In this document: piece by piece, positions 1-8,370 of the stretch
Position numbering within the stretch: position 1 is the stretch's first letter
How the letters are laid out: every line of letters begins with the position of its first letter
Assembly (NCBI RefSeq): GCF_000023965.1
Contig: NC_013202.1
Span: 2,460,001-2,492,000, forward strand
Origin: Halomicrobium mukohataei DSM 12286
GTDB taxonomy: Archaea; Halobacteriota; Halobacteria; Halobacteriales; Haloarculaceae
Direction: 5' to 3'
Length of the DNA stretch: 32,000 bases
The notes under the pieces: model-generated
What the model was told of the DNA's origin: nothing
The model's input: the letters and a program-made list of their open reading frames with translations, nothing else
Databases searched by the model: none
Made by a program: the position numbers and the translations under genes

Positions 1-142
1 ACACAGCCGGACAGGGACTCCACAGGAAACGGCGTTCATCAGCGTGGTTTTTCCTTCTCGGCGACGAGGATCTTGCCAACTGTGTCATCACTCAGTCAAT
101 CAGAATCTTCATTTCCGTTCGGCGTCAACGCTGTCAACGAGG

Positions 143-373
143 ATGTCGCATCAGGTACGACTCGAAGACGACGTGTACGAGCGTATCAAGGCGAGCAAAC
201 GCGACGACGAGTCGTTCAGTGATGCGGTGGAACGGCTCATCGGTGGCCACTCGCTCCGAGACCTGCGTGATGTCTTCGACGACGAGCAGGTCAGTGAGAT
301 GCGTGATGCAATCGATGCTGCCGATAGAGAGGACTGCGAAGAGGTTCGAGAGGTTGCGGAGCGCTTCGAATGA
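143..373 (+). CDS. vapB: VapB-type antitoxin (PF02697-like small acidic protein)
   Basis: The internal ATG at 143 gives MSHQVRLEDDVYERIKASKRDDESFSDAVERLIGG, typical of archaeal VapB antitoxins. Its stop overlaps the next gene's start as ATGA (370-373). The upstream GTG-started extension from 44 is Arg/Cys-rich and looks non-coding. Confidence 0.7.
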   Translation: MSHQVRLEDDVYERIKASKRDDESFSDAVERLIGGHSLRDLRDVFDDEQVSEMRDAIDAADREDCEEVREVAERFE

Positions 374-777
374 TCGTTGATACGAGCTTCGTCCTAGATG
401 TTATCGGCAATGTCGAGGCCGCCGTAACGAAAGAACGGGAACTCGAAGCAGAGAGCGTCCCGTTAGTAATCCCGTCAATGACGGTCTTAGAACTCTACAT
501 CGGTGTCGGGAAGGTAGCGAACACTCGCCAAGAGCGTCAAGCGGTGGAAGCTGTACTCGATTCTTACCCGGTCATAGATATGACCCCGAGCATCTCCCGT
601 CGCGCGGGGCGACTTCTCGGCGAGCGCATGGCGGAGACAAACGAGGACGAAGGACCTGGAATCGGGAAGGGAGACGCCACAATCGCAGCGACGGCTCTGG
701 AGCGTGACGAACCGATTCTCACTGGCGACAGCCACTTCGAGAACATCCCGGGTATCACCGTCGAAACGTACCGGTGA
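370..777 (+). CDS. vapC: PIN-domain ribonuclease toxin VapC
   Basis: N-terminal MIVDTSF motif, with conserved acidic positions (D4, E in LELY, D in GDATIAATA, D in TGDSHF). It is 135 aa and translationally coupled to the upstream antitoxin. Confidence 0.8.
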   Translation: MIVDTSFVLDVIGNVEAAVTKERELEAESVPLVIPSMTVLELYIGVGKVANTRQERQAVEAVLDSYPVIDMTPSISRRAGRLLGERMAETNEDEGPGIGKGDATIAATALERDEPILTGDSHFENIPGITVETYR

Positions 778-1002
778 CATCGGTCCGCTAAGCGGAGTGT
801 CTGTCTCGATATGTTGGACCAGAAATCGTCGCGATTTACCCCAGGTTAGTCCGAATATTCAGCACTATAGCGCCCGTTTCCGAAACGGGTTAATAAACAA
901 CCGCGGTCAACCGAGATAACTTGGATCGGAATTCAGCCGGACTGAACGACTCATATATAAACTCCTTCGAACCCTGATGCTTGCCGCACTTTGACCCCTC
1001 GC

Positions 1003-1037
1003 GGGCAAGGACCAGGGTTCGAATCCCTGACGGAGCA
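1003..1037 (+). other. tRNA 3'-half-like fragment (variable region, T arm, 3' acceptor strand, discriminator); possible att remnant
   Basis: The sequence ggaccagggttcgaatccctgacggagca has a canonical T arm (CAGGG-TTCGAAT-CCCTG) followed by a 7-nt acceptor strand and A. No complementary 5' acceptor strand (G[CT]T[CT][CT]GT) occurs at tRNA distance upstream. A degenerate second copy, ttcgaa-ccctga, lies at 967-980. Confidence 0.5.
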
Positions 1038-1565
1038 TTACTTTCCCTTCGTCGTCGTGTGGTTATGAGTGGGTATAGTAGTCCTTAACCACCGGACACA
1101 CAGGGCAACTCGCTTCTGGTGAAATTGAGGTCCTGCTGCAGTCCTGCGATTCACCTCTTGGAAGTTGAAATGTGCGCCCGAAACACTAACGACCGGCATC
1201 ATCCGGGGCAGTGCGCCCTGTCGACCGGCAAACCCTCGTGTCGGGCGGGTTGCGCGTAGCGCAACCGAGTGGTGAAGTGGTGCGTACCACTGAACCGGAA
1301 GGCGTGCAATGCCTCCATGTAGTGAGACGGCGTCAGCCGTCGAGTCGACTGTCGCGTGCCCGGGTTCGCCGCGCTGTCATCGTCCCGAAAGACGGGCCTC
1401 GGGCGGGGACAAAAGGCACGCAGTCGGTGCTAGTCCGTCGGAGGGGTAAGGGATTGCGGTCCGGCCGCGACCACTGCGGGGGATTCGTCCGGTTCGCTGT
1501 CGGTGCTGACCGGCGACCGTCGCCACGGGATAGACGATCCCGGTACACTGCTACGCTAATCAGTA

Positions 1566-2924
1566 TCAGACGGTGTACTCCGACTCGGCGAGCTGGACGT
1601 AGCCGCCGTCGCGGTACTGGTACTTGCGCCACTTGTAGCCGGCGACGGTCTTGAGCCCCAGCGTGCCGGCAGCCAGGGCCTGTCGCCACAGAGACCCGTC
1701 GACGGTCTGCATCGCATTGACGGTGGCGAACACGCGGTCCCAGGTCGTCGGATCGTATCCCTCGACCAGGTCGGCGAAGGCGACGTTGCGGAGGATCTCG
1801 GATTCGAGTGCGTCCTTCCAGGCGTCGTTGTAGCGGTCGAGCGCGTCCGTCGCGGCCAACTCACCGGCGATAGAGCCCGTTCGGACGGCGACGTGGTCTC
1901 CGCCCTCGTGGAAGGCGGAGGTCGCGCCCATCGCACCGCCGACGACGGCGACGTTCGCGTCGGTCGGCGAGTCGATCGGCCGGGTCGAAGAGATCGGGTA
2001 CGTCTCCGTGCCGTCGGTCTTGCCCCGGTCCTCGACCAGGGGGAACTCGTCGAGGTCGTAGTCGGGAAACTCCCGTTCGAGCAGGCGCTCGACGTAGGTG
2101 CGACCCTGTGGGATCTTGTCGTCGTCCTCCCGGAGCAGGGCCCACTCGCTGGCGTCGTAGTCGTCGATGTCCAGCCCGATCGGCATCGTGAGGCCGATCC
2201 GAGCCACGTTGTCGTCGTTCGGGAAGATCCACGGGTAGGCGGTGTGGCCGGGCATCACGCCCCACCAGAACTGGATCCGGTCCTCGGGGAACAGTTCCTC
2301 GGGCATCCGGCGGTGCTCCTGGTAGGCGATGTGGTTGGCCTCCGTCGATGGGAGCCGCTCGGAGAGTGACTCGTTCGCCGGGAGGAACTGATCGAGGACG
2401 CGGCCGGTGACCGTCCGCTGGGGACCGTCCGCGAGGACGAGCGCGTCGGCGACGATCGACTCGCCGTCCGAGAGCTTCAGCGTGTGCTCGACGCCGCCCG
2501 AGAGGTCGGTCTCGACGGCGGTGACGCTCGTGCCGACGCGGTACCGAGCGCCCGCCGTTTCGGCGCGGTCGCGCAGCCAGTCGTCGAAGCGAGCCCGCTG
2601 GAAGGTGAAACCGAATCCGGGATACGCGGAGTCGATCCCCGTCTCTTCGATCAGGACCGACTCGGTGGGCCCGATGAACTCCGCGCCGTCCAGTTCCGCG
2701 AGCTTCACCGAGTCGGGGAACTCGTCGGGACCGAAGCCGGCGAGTTCGGTCCAGTAATCCAGAAAGCCGGCGGCGTCCGTCGAGTCGGGCCCCAGTCCGT
2801 CTCGGTCGGCTCTCGGGACCCCCTTCTCGACCACGACGGCCTCGGCACCCTGTTCGGCGGCTGCCCGACCGGCAGACGTACCGGCGGGCCCGCCGCCGAC
2901 GATCGCGACATCTACGCGCTCCAT
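1566..2924 (-). CDS. FAD-dependent oxidoreductase, geranylgeranyl reductase family
   Basis: N-terminal Rossmann motif VAIVGGGPAGTSAG...VVVEKG. The 452-aa acidic protein is clean over its full length. The family call is from overall resemblance only. Confidence 0.6.
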   Translation of the reverse strand: MERVDVAIVGGGPAGTSAGRAAAEQGAEAVVVEKGVPRADRDGLGPDSTDAAGFLDYWTELAGFGPDEFPDSVKLAELDGAEFIGPTESVLIEETGIDSAYPGFGFTFQRARFDDWLRDRAETAGARYRVGTSVTAVETDLSGGVEHTLKLSDGESIVADALVLADGPQRTVTGRVLDQFLPANESLSERLPSTEANHIAYQEHRRMPEELFPEDRIQFWWGVMPGHTAYPWIFPNDDNVARIGLTMPIGLDIDDYDASEWALLREDDDKIPQGRTYVERLLEREFPDYDLDEFPLVEDRGKTDGTETYPISSTRPIDSPTDANVAVVGGAMGATSAFHEGGDHVAVRTGSIAGELAATDALDRYNDAWKDALESEILRNVAFADLVEGYDPTTWDRVFATVNAMQTVDGSLWRQALAAGTLGLKTVAGYKWRKYQYRDGGYVQLAESEYTV

Positions 2925-2990
2925 ACGCCACCCCTGTTCGGAGGGGGCTTAAATTCCTTGTTCGCCGCCCATCGCGCGACGGCCCGACGG

Positions 2991-3584
2991 TCAGGTGACA
3001 GATTGCGACTCCGATCCCAGATCGTCGCTGACCGCCGCGAGGATCGCTTGCCGCCAGTGACCGTCGAACTGTTCGAGACGGTCGTCGAGCGTGGCTCGCG
3101 TGGCCTCGAGTTCGGCGATCAGGTCGCGATACTCGTCGCTGTCGCGGAGCGCGTCTCGACTGGTCCGAAGTTCGAGCGTCGCCTTCCGCGCGGTCAGGGA
3201 GAAGTACTCCCGGAGCAACCGTCGGCAGGCACCCCGCGAGAGCATCGTCTCGACCACGTCGAGCACCGTCTCGCGCGACACCGGCTTGGTCAGGTAGTCG
3301 TCGACGGTCAACTCCCGAACGTCGAAGTCCGGCTCTACGCCAGAGATCATGACGACGAAACAGTCGTCCGGTCGCTCGGCCAGTCGCTGTGCCACCTCCG
3401 CGCCGTTCATGTGGGGCATCTCTCTGTCGAGGAGCATCACGTCGGCGTCCCCCACCTTCTCCAGTGCCACCCTCCCATCGGTGGCGGTCAGCACCTCGTA
3501 CTCGTCTTCGAGCCAGATCGAGTGGAGATCCCGGCAGGCGGGATCGTCGTCGACGACGAGTACGGTGTCCCAGTCACCACACAT
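2991..3584 (-). CDS. Response regulator with receiver and HalX domains
   Basis: Receiver signature VLVVDDD...MLLDREMPHMNG...DYLTKP, followed by a coiled C-terminal region typical of the haloarchaeal HalX domain. No cognate kinase is adjacent. Confidence 0.75.
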   Translation of the reverse strand: MCGDWDTVLVVDDDPACRDLHSIWLEDEYEVLTATDGRVALEKVGDADVMLLDREMPHMNGAEVAQRLAERPDDCFVVMISGVEPDFDVRELTVDDYLTKPVSRETVLDVVETMLSRGACRRLLREYFSLTARKATLELRTSRDALRDSDEYRDLIAELEATRATLDDRLEQFDGHWRQAILAAVSDDLGSESQSVT

Positions 3585-3808
3585 TACACTGACCGTGGAA
3601 CCACACCATCATTAAATGTGGCATCGAGAAGCGGTTCGCGATCCGTCGATGTCGGCGCTCGATCCGTCGCTGCAGATATTTCTCCGTGAATAGATCGAAA
3701 CGAACGGTACAGCGAGGGGCGTCCACCGCCGGTCTCCGTGACAGTACTGTTTTGAGCCACTGGCTGGAACGACCACTATGTCCCCGGCCCAAACCGAGGT
3801 GGCAGCGC

Positions 3809-4765
3809 GTGAGTAAGATCGCCATCCTGCGGCAGAAAGCACACGGCCTGCCGGTCGAATCGTACGCCGACGCGGTCCGCGAGCGACTGCCCGAGGCGAC
3901 AGTTACGGTCGCCCGGACGCCCGAGCAAGAGCGAGCGGCCGTCGAGACGGCGACGGTGATCTCGGCCGGGCCGTTCGACGACGAACTGCTCGGTCACGCG
4001 AACGAGATCCAGCTGTTCGCCAGCATCTACGCCGGCTACGACCACCTGCCCCTCGACGAGTTCGCCGAGCGAGAGATCGCGTTGACGACGGCCTCGGGCG
4101 TCCACGGCCCGAACATCGCCGAGCACGTGATCGGCGCGTTTCTCGCCTTCACGCGGCGCTTCTTCGAAGCGCGTCGCCGCCAGCGAGAGCGACAGTGGCG
4201 CGCCCTCCGGTCGAGCGAACTCGCCGGTTCGACGGTGGCGGTCGTCGGACTCGGCGCTATCGGCCAGGCCATCGTCGACCGACTCGCGGGGTTCGACGTC
4301 GACACCGTCGGCGTCCGCTACAGCCCGGAGAAAGGCGGACCGACCGACGAAGTGTACGGCTTCGACGAGATCCACGAAGCTGTCACCGACGCCGAGTACG
4401 TCGCCGTCGCGTGCCCGCTGACCGACGCGACCGAGGAGCTGTTCGACGAGCAACTGTTCCGCACGATGCACCCCGAGGCGATCTTCGTCAACGTCGCCCG
4501 CGGCGGCGTCGTCGACACCGACGCGCTCACGTCGGCGATCCAGAGCAACTACATCGGCGCGGCACAGCTAGACGTGACCGACCCGGAGCCGCTGCCCGAG
4601 GACCACCCGCTGTGGGGCTTCGACAACGTCTTCGTGACGCCCCACGCCTCCGGCCACACGCCCGCGTACTACGAGCGCACGGCCGACATCCTCGCCGAGA
4701 ACGTCAGGCGCGCCGAGGAGACCGGCGAGTGGGACGGACTGGTGAATCAGGTCAACCTCGGCTGA
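3809..4765 (+). CDS. D-2-hydroxyacid dehydrogenase family, NAD-binding
   Basis: VAVVGLGAIGQAIVDRL Rossmann motif, catalytic-region motifs VNVARGG and DV...EPLP...HPLW, and TPHASG. The in-frame GTG at 3809 (VSKIAILRQ) is preferred over the Arg-rich extension from 3686. Confidence 0.75.
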   Translation: MSKIAILRQKAHGLPVESYADAVRERLPEATVTVARTPEQERAAVETATVISAGPFDDELLGHANEIQLFASIYAGYDHLPLDEFAEREIALTTASGVHGPNIAEHVIGAFLAFTRRFFEARRRQRERQWRALRSSELAGSTVAVVGLGAIGQAIVDRLAGFDVDTVGVRYSPEKGGPTDEVYGFDEIHEAVTDAEYVAVACPLTDATEELFDEQLFRTMHPEAIFVNVARGGVVDTDALTSAIQSNYIGAAQLDVTDPEPLPEDHPLWGFDNVFVTPHASGHTPAYYERTADILAENVRRAEETGEWDGLVNQVNLG

Positions 4766-4904
4766 CCGGTCACGCTGTCGTCGAACTTTTAAACGATTAG
4801 TATGGAGTGAGGGTTACCAGAGAGCGTCGGGTATTCTATTCAACTGAACACTCTCTCGGAACCGATGCGAGAGGTATTTGCCCAAGAGAGCGGGATATCT
4901 GCCA

Positions 4905-6065
4905 ATGGAAGAAACGTTCGCAGACAGGACCCTCGCTGACCACCGACGTGTTTTCGAGAAGATATGGTGGCAAAACCCTGAACGACAGAACGCAACCTCC
5001 TCGTCTTGGTGGTTCTTTCTCCTGTTTCCGGATGGTGAGGAGGGATACGGTCCAAGACAACTCATGTTCTCGGTTGCTGCCTGTGTGGGGGACGAGTGTC
5101 GTGTCAACGACCTTCCGGCAACAGCGATGGACTCAGATCGTCCCGTCGCCGACGGTGTGGACAGATTCAATGCGACAACAGTGGGATGGACCGGAGACGA
5201 CGAAGTGGTTCATGACCATGTCGTCAGGCAATCAGCTGAAGCGGTTCTCTCTCGTCCGAACCAGCGTATCGAGGCATGGACAGAACTCGAGGACGGCACC
5301 AGACGCGGGAGCGAGATAGCTTCACTTTCGGACCGCTCTCTCGGACTGAAAGCTCACGTCATCGGGGATGACGCCGAGGCAGAGTTCGAGGCGTGGGGTG
5401 ACCTCGACTCGAAGATGACATCTCCACACCATGCATTAGACATCGACACACCGCTGGGTGGCGCCGAGGTCGTTGCCTGGCGCCAGATGGAATTCGAAGG
5501 AGAGTTCGATCTGCCTGACGGACCCGAAACGCTGTCCGGGTCCTGTTACTTCCAGCGCGTGTGTTTTGACATGCCGCTGGTCCCCTGGAAGTGGATATGG
5601 GGGATCTTTCCAGACGGAACCTCGTTTTCGGTGTTGGTTCCATTTATCGGGCCACAGCTGTTCCGGCGAGGCTACAAATTCTTCTCCTCGAACAGGCTGG
5701 AACGGCTAACAATTCCTCTCAGGCAGTCCGGGTTCTGGAATTGGGGCTCGAAAGATGGGCATGTCGAGTTCGACAGGATTAGTGTCGAGCCACTGCTGGG
5801 TACTGGCGAACAGCCTGATTTCGATGTTCGCGTCGAGAACGAGGAGGGCGATTACGTGCGGTTTATTGCCCGAACTTATGGCCGTGCGCGAAACTGGCTC
5901 GACCGTGCGAGATTCGGTGGACGAGTTGCGTCTCATTGGAGTTACAACGAGTTCATGTTCCGAGTGACTGGACTAGCGGGTAGTGTGGGCGGCACGGTGA
6001 TTGATGACGAATCGATGGGCGCCGGGTTCGGAACGTTAGAATACAGTACCGGACTGGGGCTGTGA
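4905..6065 (+). CDS. Trp-rich hypothetical protein, tocopherol-cyclase-like (PF14249-like)
   Basis: SSWWFFLLFPDGEEG resembles the FFEGWY..LL.P..GE motif of VTE1/slr1737-type cyclases. YFQRV.FDMPLVPWKWIWGIFPDGTSFSV resembles YAEKNWG.SFP.RWFW...FPD..LSV. The C-terminal G.G.LEY..G is also similar. These matches come from recalled motifs, not a search. Local GC is about 50-57%, versus about 67% in the flanks. The first ATG is at 4905; the track ORF starts at a TTG at 4878. Confidence 0.4.
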   Translation: MEETFADRTLADHRRVFEKIWWQNPERQNATSSSWWFFLLFPDGEEGYGPRQLMFSVAACVGDECRVNDLPATAMDSDRPVADGVDRFNATTVGWTGDDEVVHDHVVRQSAEAVLSRPNQRIEAWTELEDGTRRGSEIASLSDRSLGLKAHVIGDDAEAEFEAWGDLDSKMTSPHHALDIDTPLGGAEVVAWRQMEFEGEFDLPDGPETLSGSCYFQRVCFDMPLVPWKWIWGIFPDGTSFSVLVPFIGPQLFRRGYKFFSSNRLERLTIPLRQSGFWNWGSKDGHVEFDRISVEPLLGTGEQPDFDVRVENEEGDYVRFIARTYGRARNWLDRARFGGRVASHWSYNEFMFRVTGLAGSVGGTVIDDESMGAGFGTLEYSTGLGL

Positions 6066-6209
6066 GCTACGTGAAACAGAGCGGGCTCATAGCCCTCACA
6101 ACACCCGTGCCTGAATTGCCAGTTCGGGTCGGTCAATACGCATTTCTACGGACAGTCGTTCCGTCCCGGAACACAGTGGACAACCACCGAAGACCATCAG
6201 CGAATGCAG

Positions 6210-6599
6210 TCATTCCCCAGCCATCGTCGCCTGGTAGCCGGCGATTCCTTCGACGACGAAGTACCACAGTACTGCGACCCCGGCCGCGACGAAGAGCATG
6301 GTTTTGAGAGCAAGTGGGCCGACTGTTCGATCACCGACGACCACCGTCGCAGGAATTAATACGAAGAGTGCGGCGAGTAGCGTGAGAAGGCGTTTCCGGG
6401 CCGTCAATGAGTAGTCACCACCCCCACCACGAAGAACGAAATAGGCGTGTGTACCGCCGAAAATCGCGGCGTTGTAGAGTGCGATGACGAGCGCCTCGGC
6501 CCACCACACGGATTCGTTCATGAGTGAGAATCCAGCAGCAAGAATTCCGAGTCCGAGGAGCGCAGCGGCAATCTGCACCTTCGTCTCGCGGGAAATCAT
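6210..6599 (-). CDS. Small integral membrane protein (about 4 TM helices), unknown function
   Basis: Four hydrophobic stretches (AAALLGLGILAAGF, ALVIALYNAAIFGG, LLTLLAALFVLIPATVVV, LFVAAGVAVLWYFVV). The ATG is at 6599; the track start at 6614 is TTG. It lies in the same low-GC island. Confidence 0.5.
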   Translation of the reverse strand: MISRETKVQIAAALLGLGILAAGFSLMNESVWWAEALVIALYNAAIFGGTHAYFVLRGGGGDYSLTARKRLLTLLAALFVLIPATVVVGDRTVGPLALKTMLFVAAGVAVLWYFVVEGIAGYQATMAGE

Positions 6600-6641
6600 T
6601 TGTATCACCGTCAACGCACCTATAGAAAAGGGTGCCGGCGA

Positions 6642-7679
6642 CTACAGGTAGCCGTTGGCCGCCAGCAGTTCGCCGTTGAGGACGCTCGCGCCCGCAGCGC
6701 CCCGCATCGTGTTGTGAGCGAGACAGTTGAACTGAAGTCCGTCGGTCGTCTCCTGGACGCCGCCGACTGCGACGCCCATCCCGTCCTCGATGTTGCGGTC
6801 GAGGCGGGGCTGTGGCCGGTCAGGCTCGTCGAAGACCCGGATCAGCTGGTCGGGCGAGGACGGCAGGTCGATGCCCTCCGCCGACCGCAGCGCGTCCTCG
6901 GCGTCGGCGACAGTCACGTCGTCTTCGGTGTCGACCCAGACGTTCTCGAGGTGGCCGTCGAGCGTCGCGATGCGGTTACAGGAGGCCGCCACGTCCATCC
7001 CGTGGAGTTCGATCGCCGTGCCGTCGAAGCCGCCCAGCAGCTTCCGAGACTCGGTCTCCATCTTCTCCTCCTCGCCGCCGATGTGCGGGATCGCGTTGTC
7101 GATGATCTCCATCGACGTGACGCCGTCGTAGCCCGCCCCGGAGACGGCCTGTAGCGTCGAGACGCGCACGTCAGTCAGACCGAAGGCCTCGTCCAGTGCC
7201 GCCAGCGGCGGCACCATCGTGATCGTCGAGCAGTTCGGGTTCTTCAGGAGCGCACCGTCCCAGCCGCGTTCCTCGCGCTGGCGTTCGAGCACGTCGAGGT
7301 GATCGGCGTTGACCTCGGGGATCACGAGCGGCACGTCCTCGTCCATGCGGCCGTTCGAGGAGTTCGAGGAGACGACGTAGCCCGCCTCGCAGAACTCGGG
7401 TTCGACCTCGGCACCGACGCCGGAGGGGAGCGACGAGAAGATCAGGTCCACGTCGTCGGGCACGTCCTCGGGCGTGGTCGCGCCGACTTCGATCTCGGCC
7501 ACGTCCTCGGGAATCGGCGCGTCGATGCGCCACTTGGCCGCCTCTCGGTACGCCTTGCCGGCACTGGATTCGCTGGCAGTCAGTGCTGCGATCTCGAAAT
7601 CGGAGTGCGGTTCGAGCAACTGGATGAGTCGCTGACCGACCGCACCAGTGGCCCCCAGAACACCTACACGTACAGTCAT
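6642..7679 (-). CDS. asd: Aspartate-semialdehyde dehydrogenase
   Basis: MTVRVGVLGATGAVGQR N-terminus, an active-site-like NPNCSTI motif, and 345 aa, which fits archaeal Asd. Confidence 0.85.
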   Translation of the reverse strand: MTVRVGVLGATGAVGQRLIQLLEPHSDFEIAALTASESSAGKAYREAAKWRIDAPIPEDVAEIEVGATTPEDVPDDVDLIFSSLPSGVGAEVEPEFCEAGYVVSSNSSNGRMDEDVPLVIPEVNADHLDVLERQREERGWDGALLKNPNCSTITMVPPLAALDEAFGLTDVRVSTLQAVSGAGYDGVTSMEIIDNAIPHIGGEEEKMETESRKLLGGFDGTAIELHGMDVAASCNRIATLDGHLENVWVDTEDDVTVADAEDALRSAEGIDLPSSPDQLIRVFDEPDRPQPRLDRNIEDGMGVAVGGVQETTDGLQFNCLAHNTMRGAAGASVLNGELLAANGYL

Positions 7680-7752
7680 CGGTTCACACACTGCCGTGAC
7701 CGGTCAAAACAGTTTGGATAGCGAGCGACTCCCTGGGGTCGTACCGTCTCAT

Positions 7753-7829
7753 ACGGTTTCTTGTAGTTGCTTACCGATGATCGTCTACTCCGTGGCGACG
7801 ATCACCGGTAAATCGCTACAATAATCCGT
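7753..7829. repeat. Palindromic repeat element, copy 1 (33-nt arms, 11-nt loop)
   Basis: Left arm acggtttcttgtagttgcttaccgatgatcgtc, loop tactccgtggc, right arm gacgatcaccggtaaatcgctacaataatccgt. It ends 1 nt before the TGA (7831-7833) of the minus-strand gene. It matches 29036-29112. Confidence 0.85.
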
Positions 7830-7830
7830 A

Positions 7831-8280
7831 TCACTCGGTGGTCGCCCGTTCGCCGAGGTCTTCGAGCGCCCAAGTGACGATCCGTGCCTCGACCACGTCC
7901 CGTTCCTCGACGTGGTCGTCCTCGCCGTAGCGCTCGATCGTCTCTCGGGCGTCGGCGAGCATCTCGCGCTCGCGTGGCCGCTGGTCCGGTTCGTCGCGCA
8001 CGTCGTTGAGCAGCGCCTCGAAGTCCTCGCGCAGGTCGAACGAGGCGTGGGCGACGTTGCACCGCGAGAGGGGGCTCATTCCCGTTTCGAGGACGAGATC
8101 GCGAACCGTCTCCCAGTCGTCCGCACAGAAATACACCGTGACGGTGCTCTCGATGTCGCGCCAGGCGATGGGGTCGCCGTGTCGCATGAGCTGGACGGCC
8201 CGCGGGGGCAGGTCGATCCGAGTGGCCGTCTCCTCGGTCCCGCACAGACAGCACGGCTCCTCCGTGGTCCCGGTGTACAT
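7831..8280 (-). CDS. Acidic hypothetical protein with an N-terminal CCxCG motif
   Basis: Clean 149-aa acidic ORF with an ATG start and haloarchaeal composition. No recognisable domain. Confidence 0.55.
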   Translation of the reverse strand: MYTGTTEEPCCLCGTEETATRIDLPPRAVQLMRHGDPIAWRDIESTVTVYFCADDWETVRDLVLETGMSPLSRCNVAHASFDLREDFEALLNDVRDEPDQRPREREMLADARETIERYGEDDHVEERDVVEARIVTWALEDLGERATTE

Positions 8281-8340
8281 GGGAGTGTGTTGGCCCTGGG
8301 ACAGTTGAGTGCGTCGCTCGCGGCGAGGGGAGATGGAACG

Positions 8341-8348
8341 TTTTAATC
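8341..8348 (+). promoter_or_regulatory. TATA box for tyrS (leaderless arrangement)
   Basis: ttttaatc is centred about 27 nt upstream of the ATG at 8371. Five other genes in the window show the same spacing. Confidence 0.45.
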
Positions 8349-8370
8349 ACCGCGGTGGGGTACCAGAGGT

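Noticed and set aside
44-142. The N-terminal extension of the antitoxin ORF (GTG at 44).
   Set aside because: The extension (VFPSRRRGSCQLCHHSVNQ...) is basic and Cys-rich, and unlike VapB family members. The ATG at 143 gives a protein of typical VapB length that starts directly at the conserved region.
960-1040. A possible complete intron-containing or long-variable-arm tRNA around the T-arm match.
   Set aside because: No 5' acceptor strand complementary to ACGGAGC, even allowing GU pairs, occurs at any plausible distance. No D arm or anticodon arm could be folded. I keep it as a 3' fragment only.
1295-1302. A possible SRP (7S) RNA or RNase P RNA in the 1041-1565 gap. ccggaagg resembles the SRP helix-8 GGAAGG core.
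   Set aside because: The flanking sequence does not continue into the conserved AGCAGC side of helix 8. The universal RNase P GAGGAAAGTCC motif is absent on both strands. There is not enough evidence to call either RNA by eye.
1211-1936. Overlapping 118-147-aa ORFs (1211-1654 +, 1333-1689 -, 1556-1936 -) in the gene-poor region.
   Set aside because: They are extremely basic and Arg-rich, unlike the acidic proteome. They overlap each other and partly overlap the reductase gene. I treat the region as non-coding or decayed; see the finding on 1041-1565.
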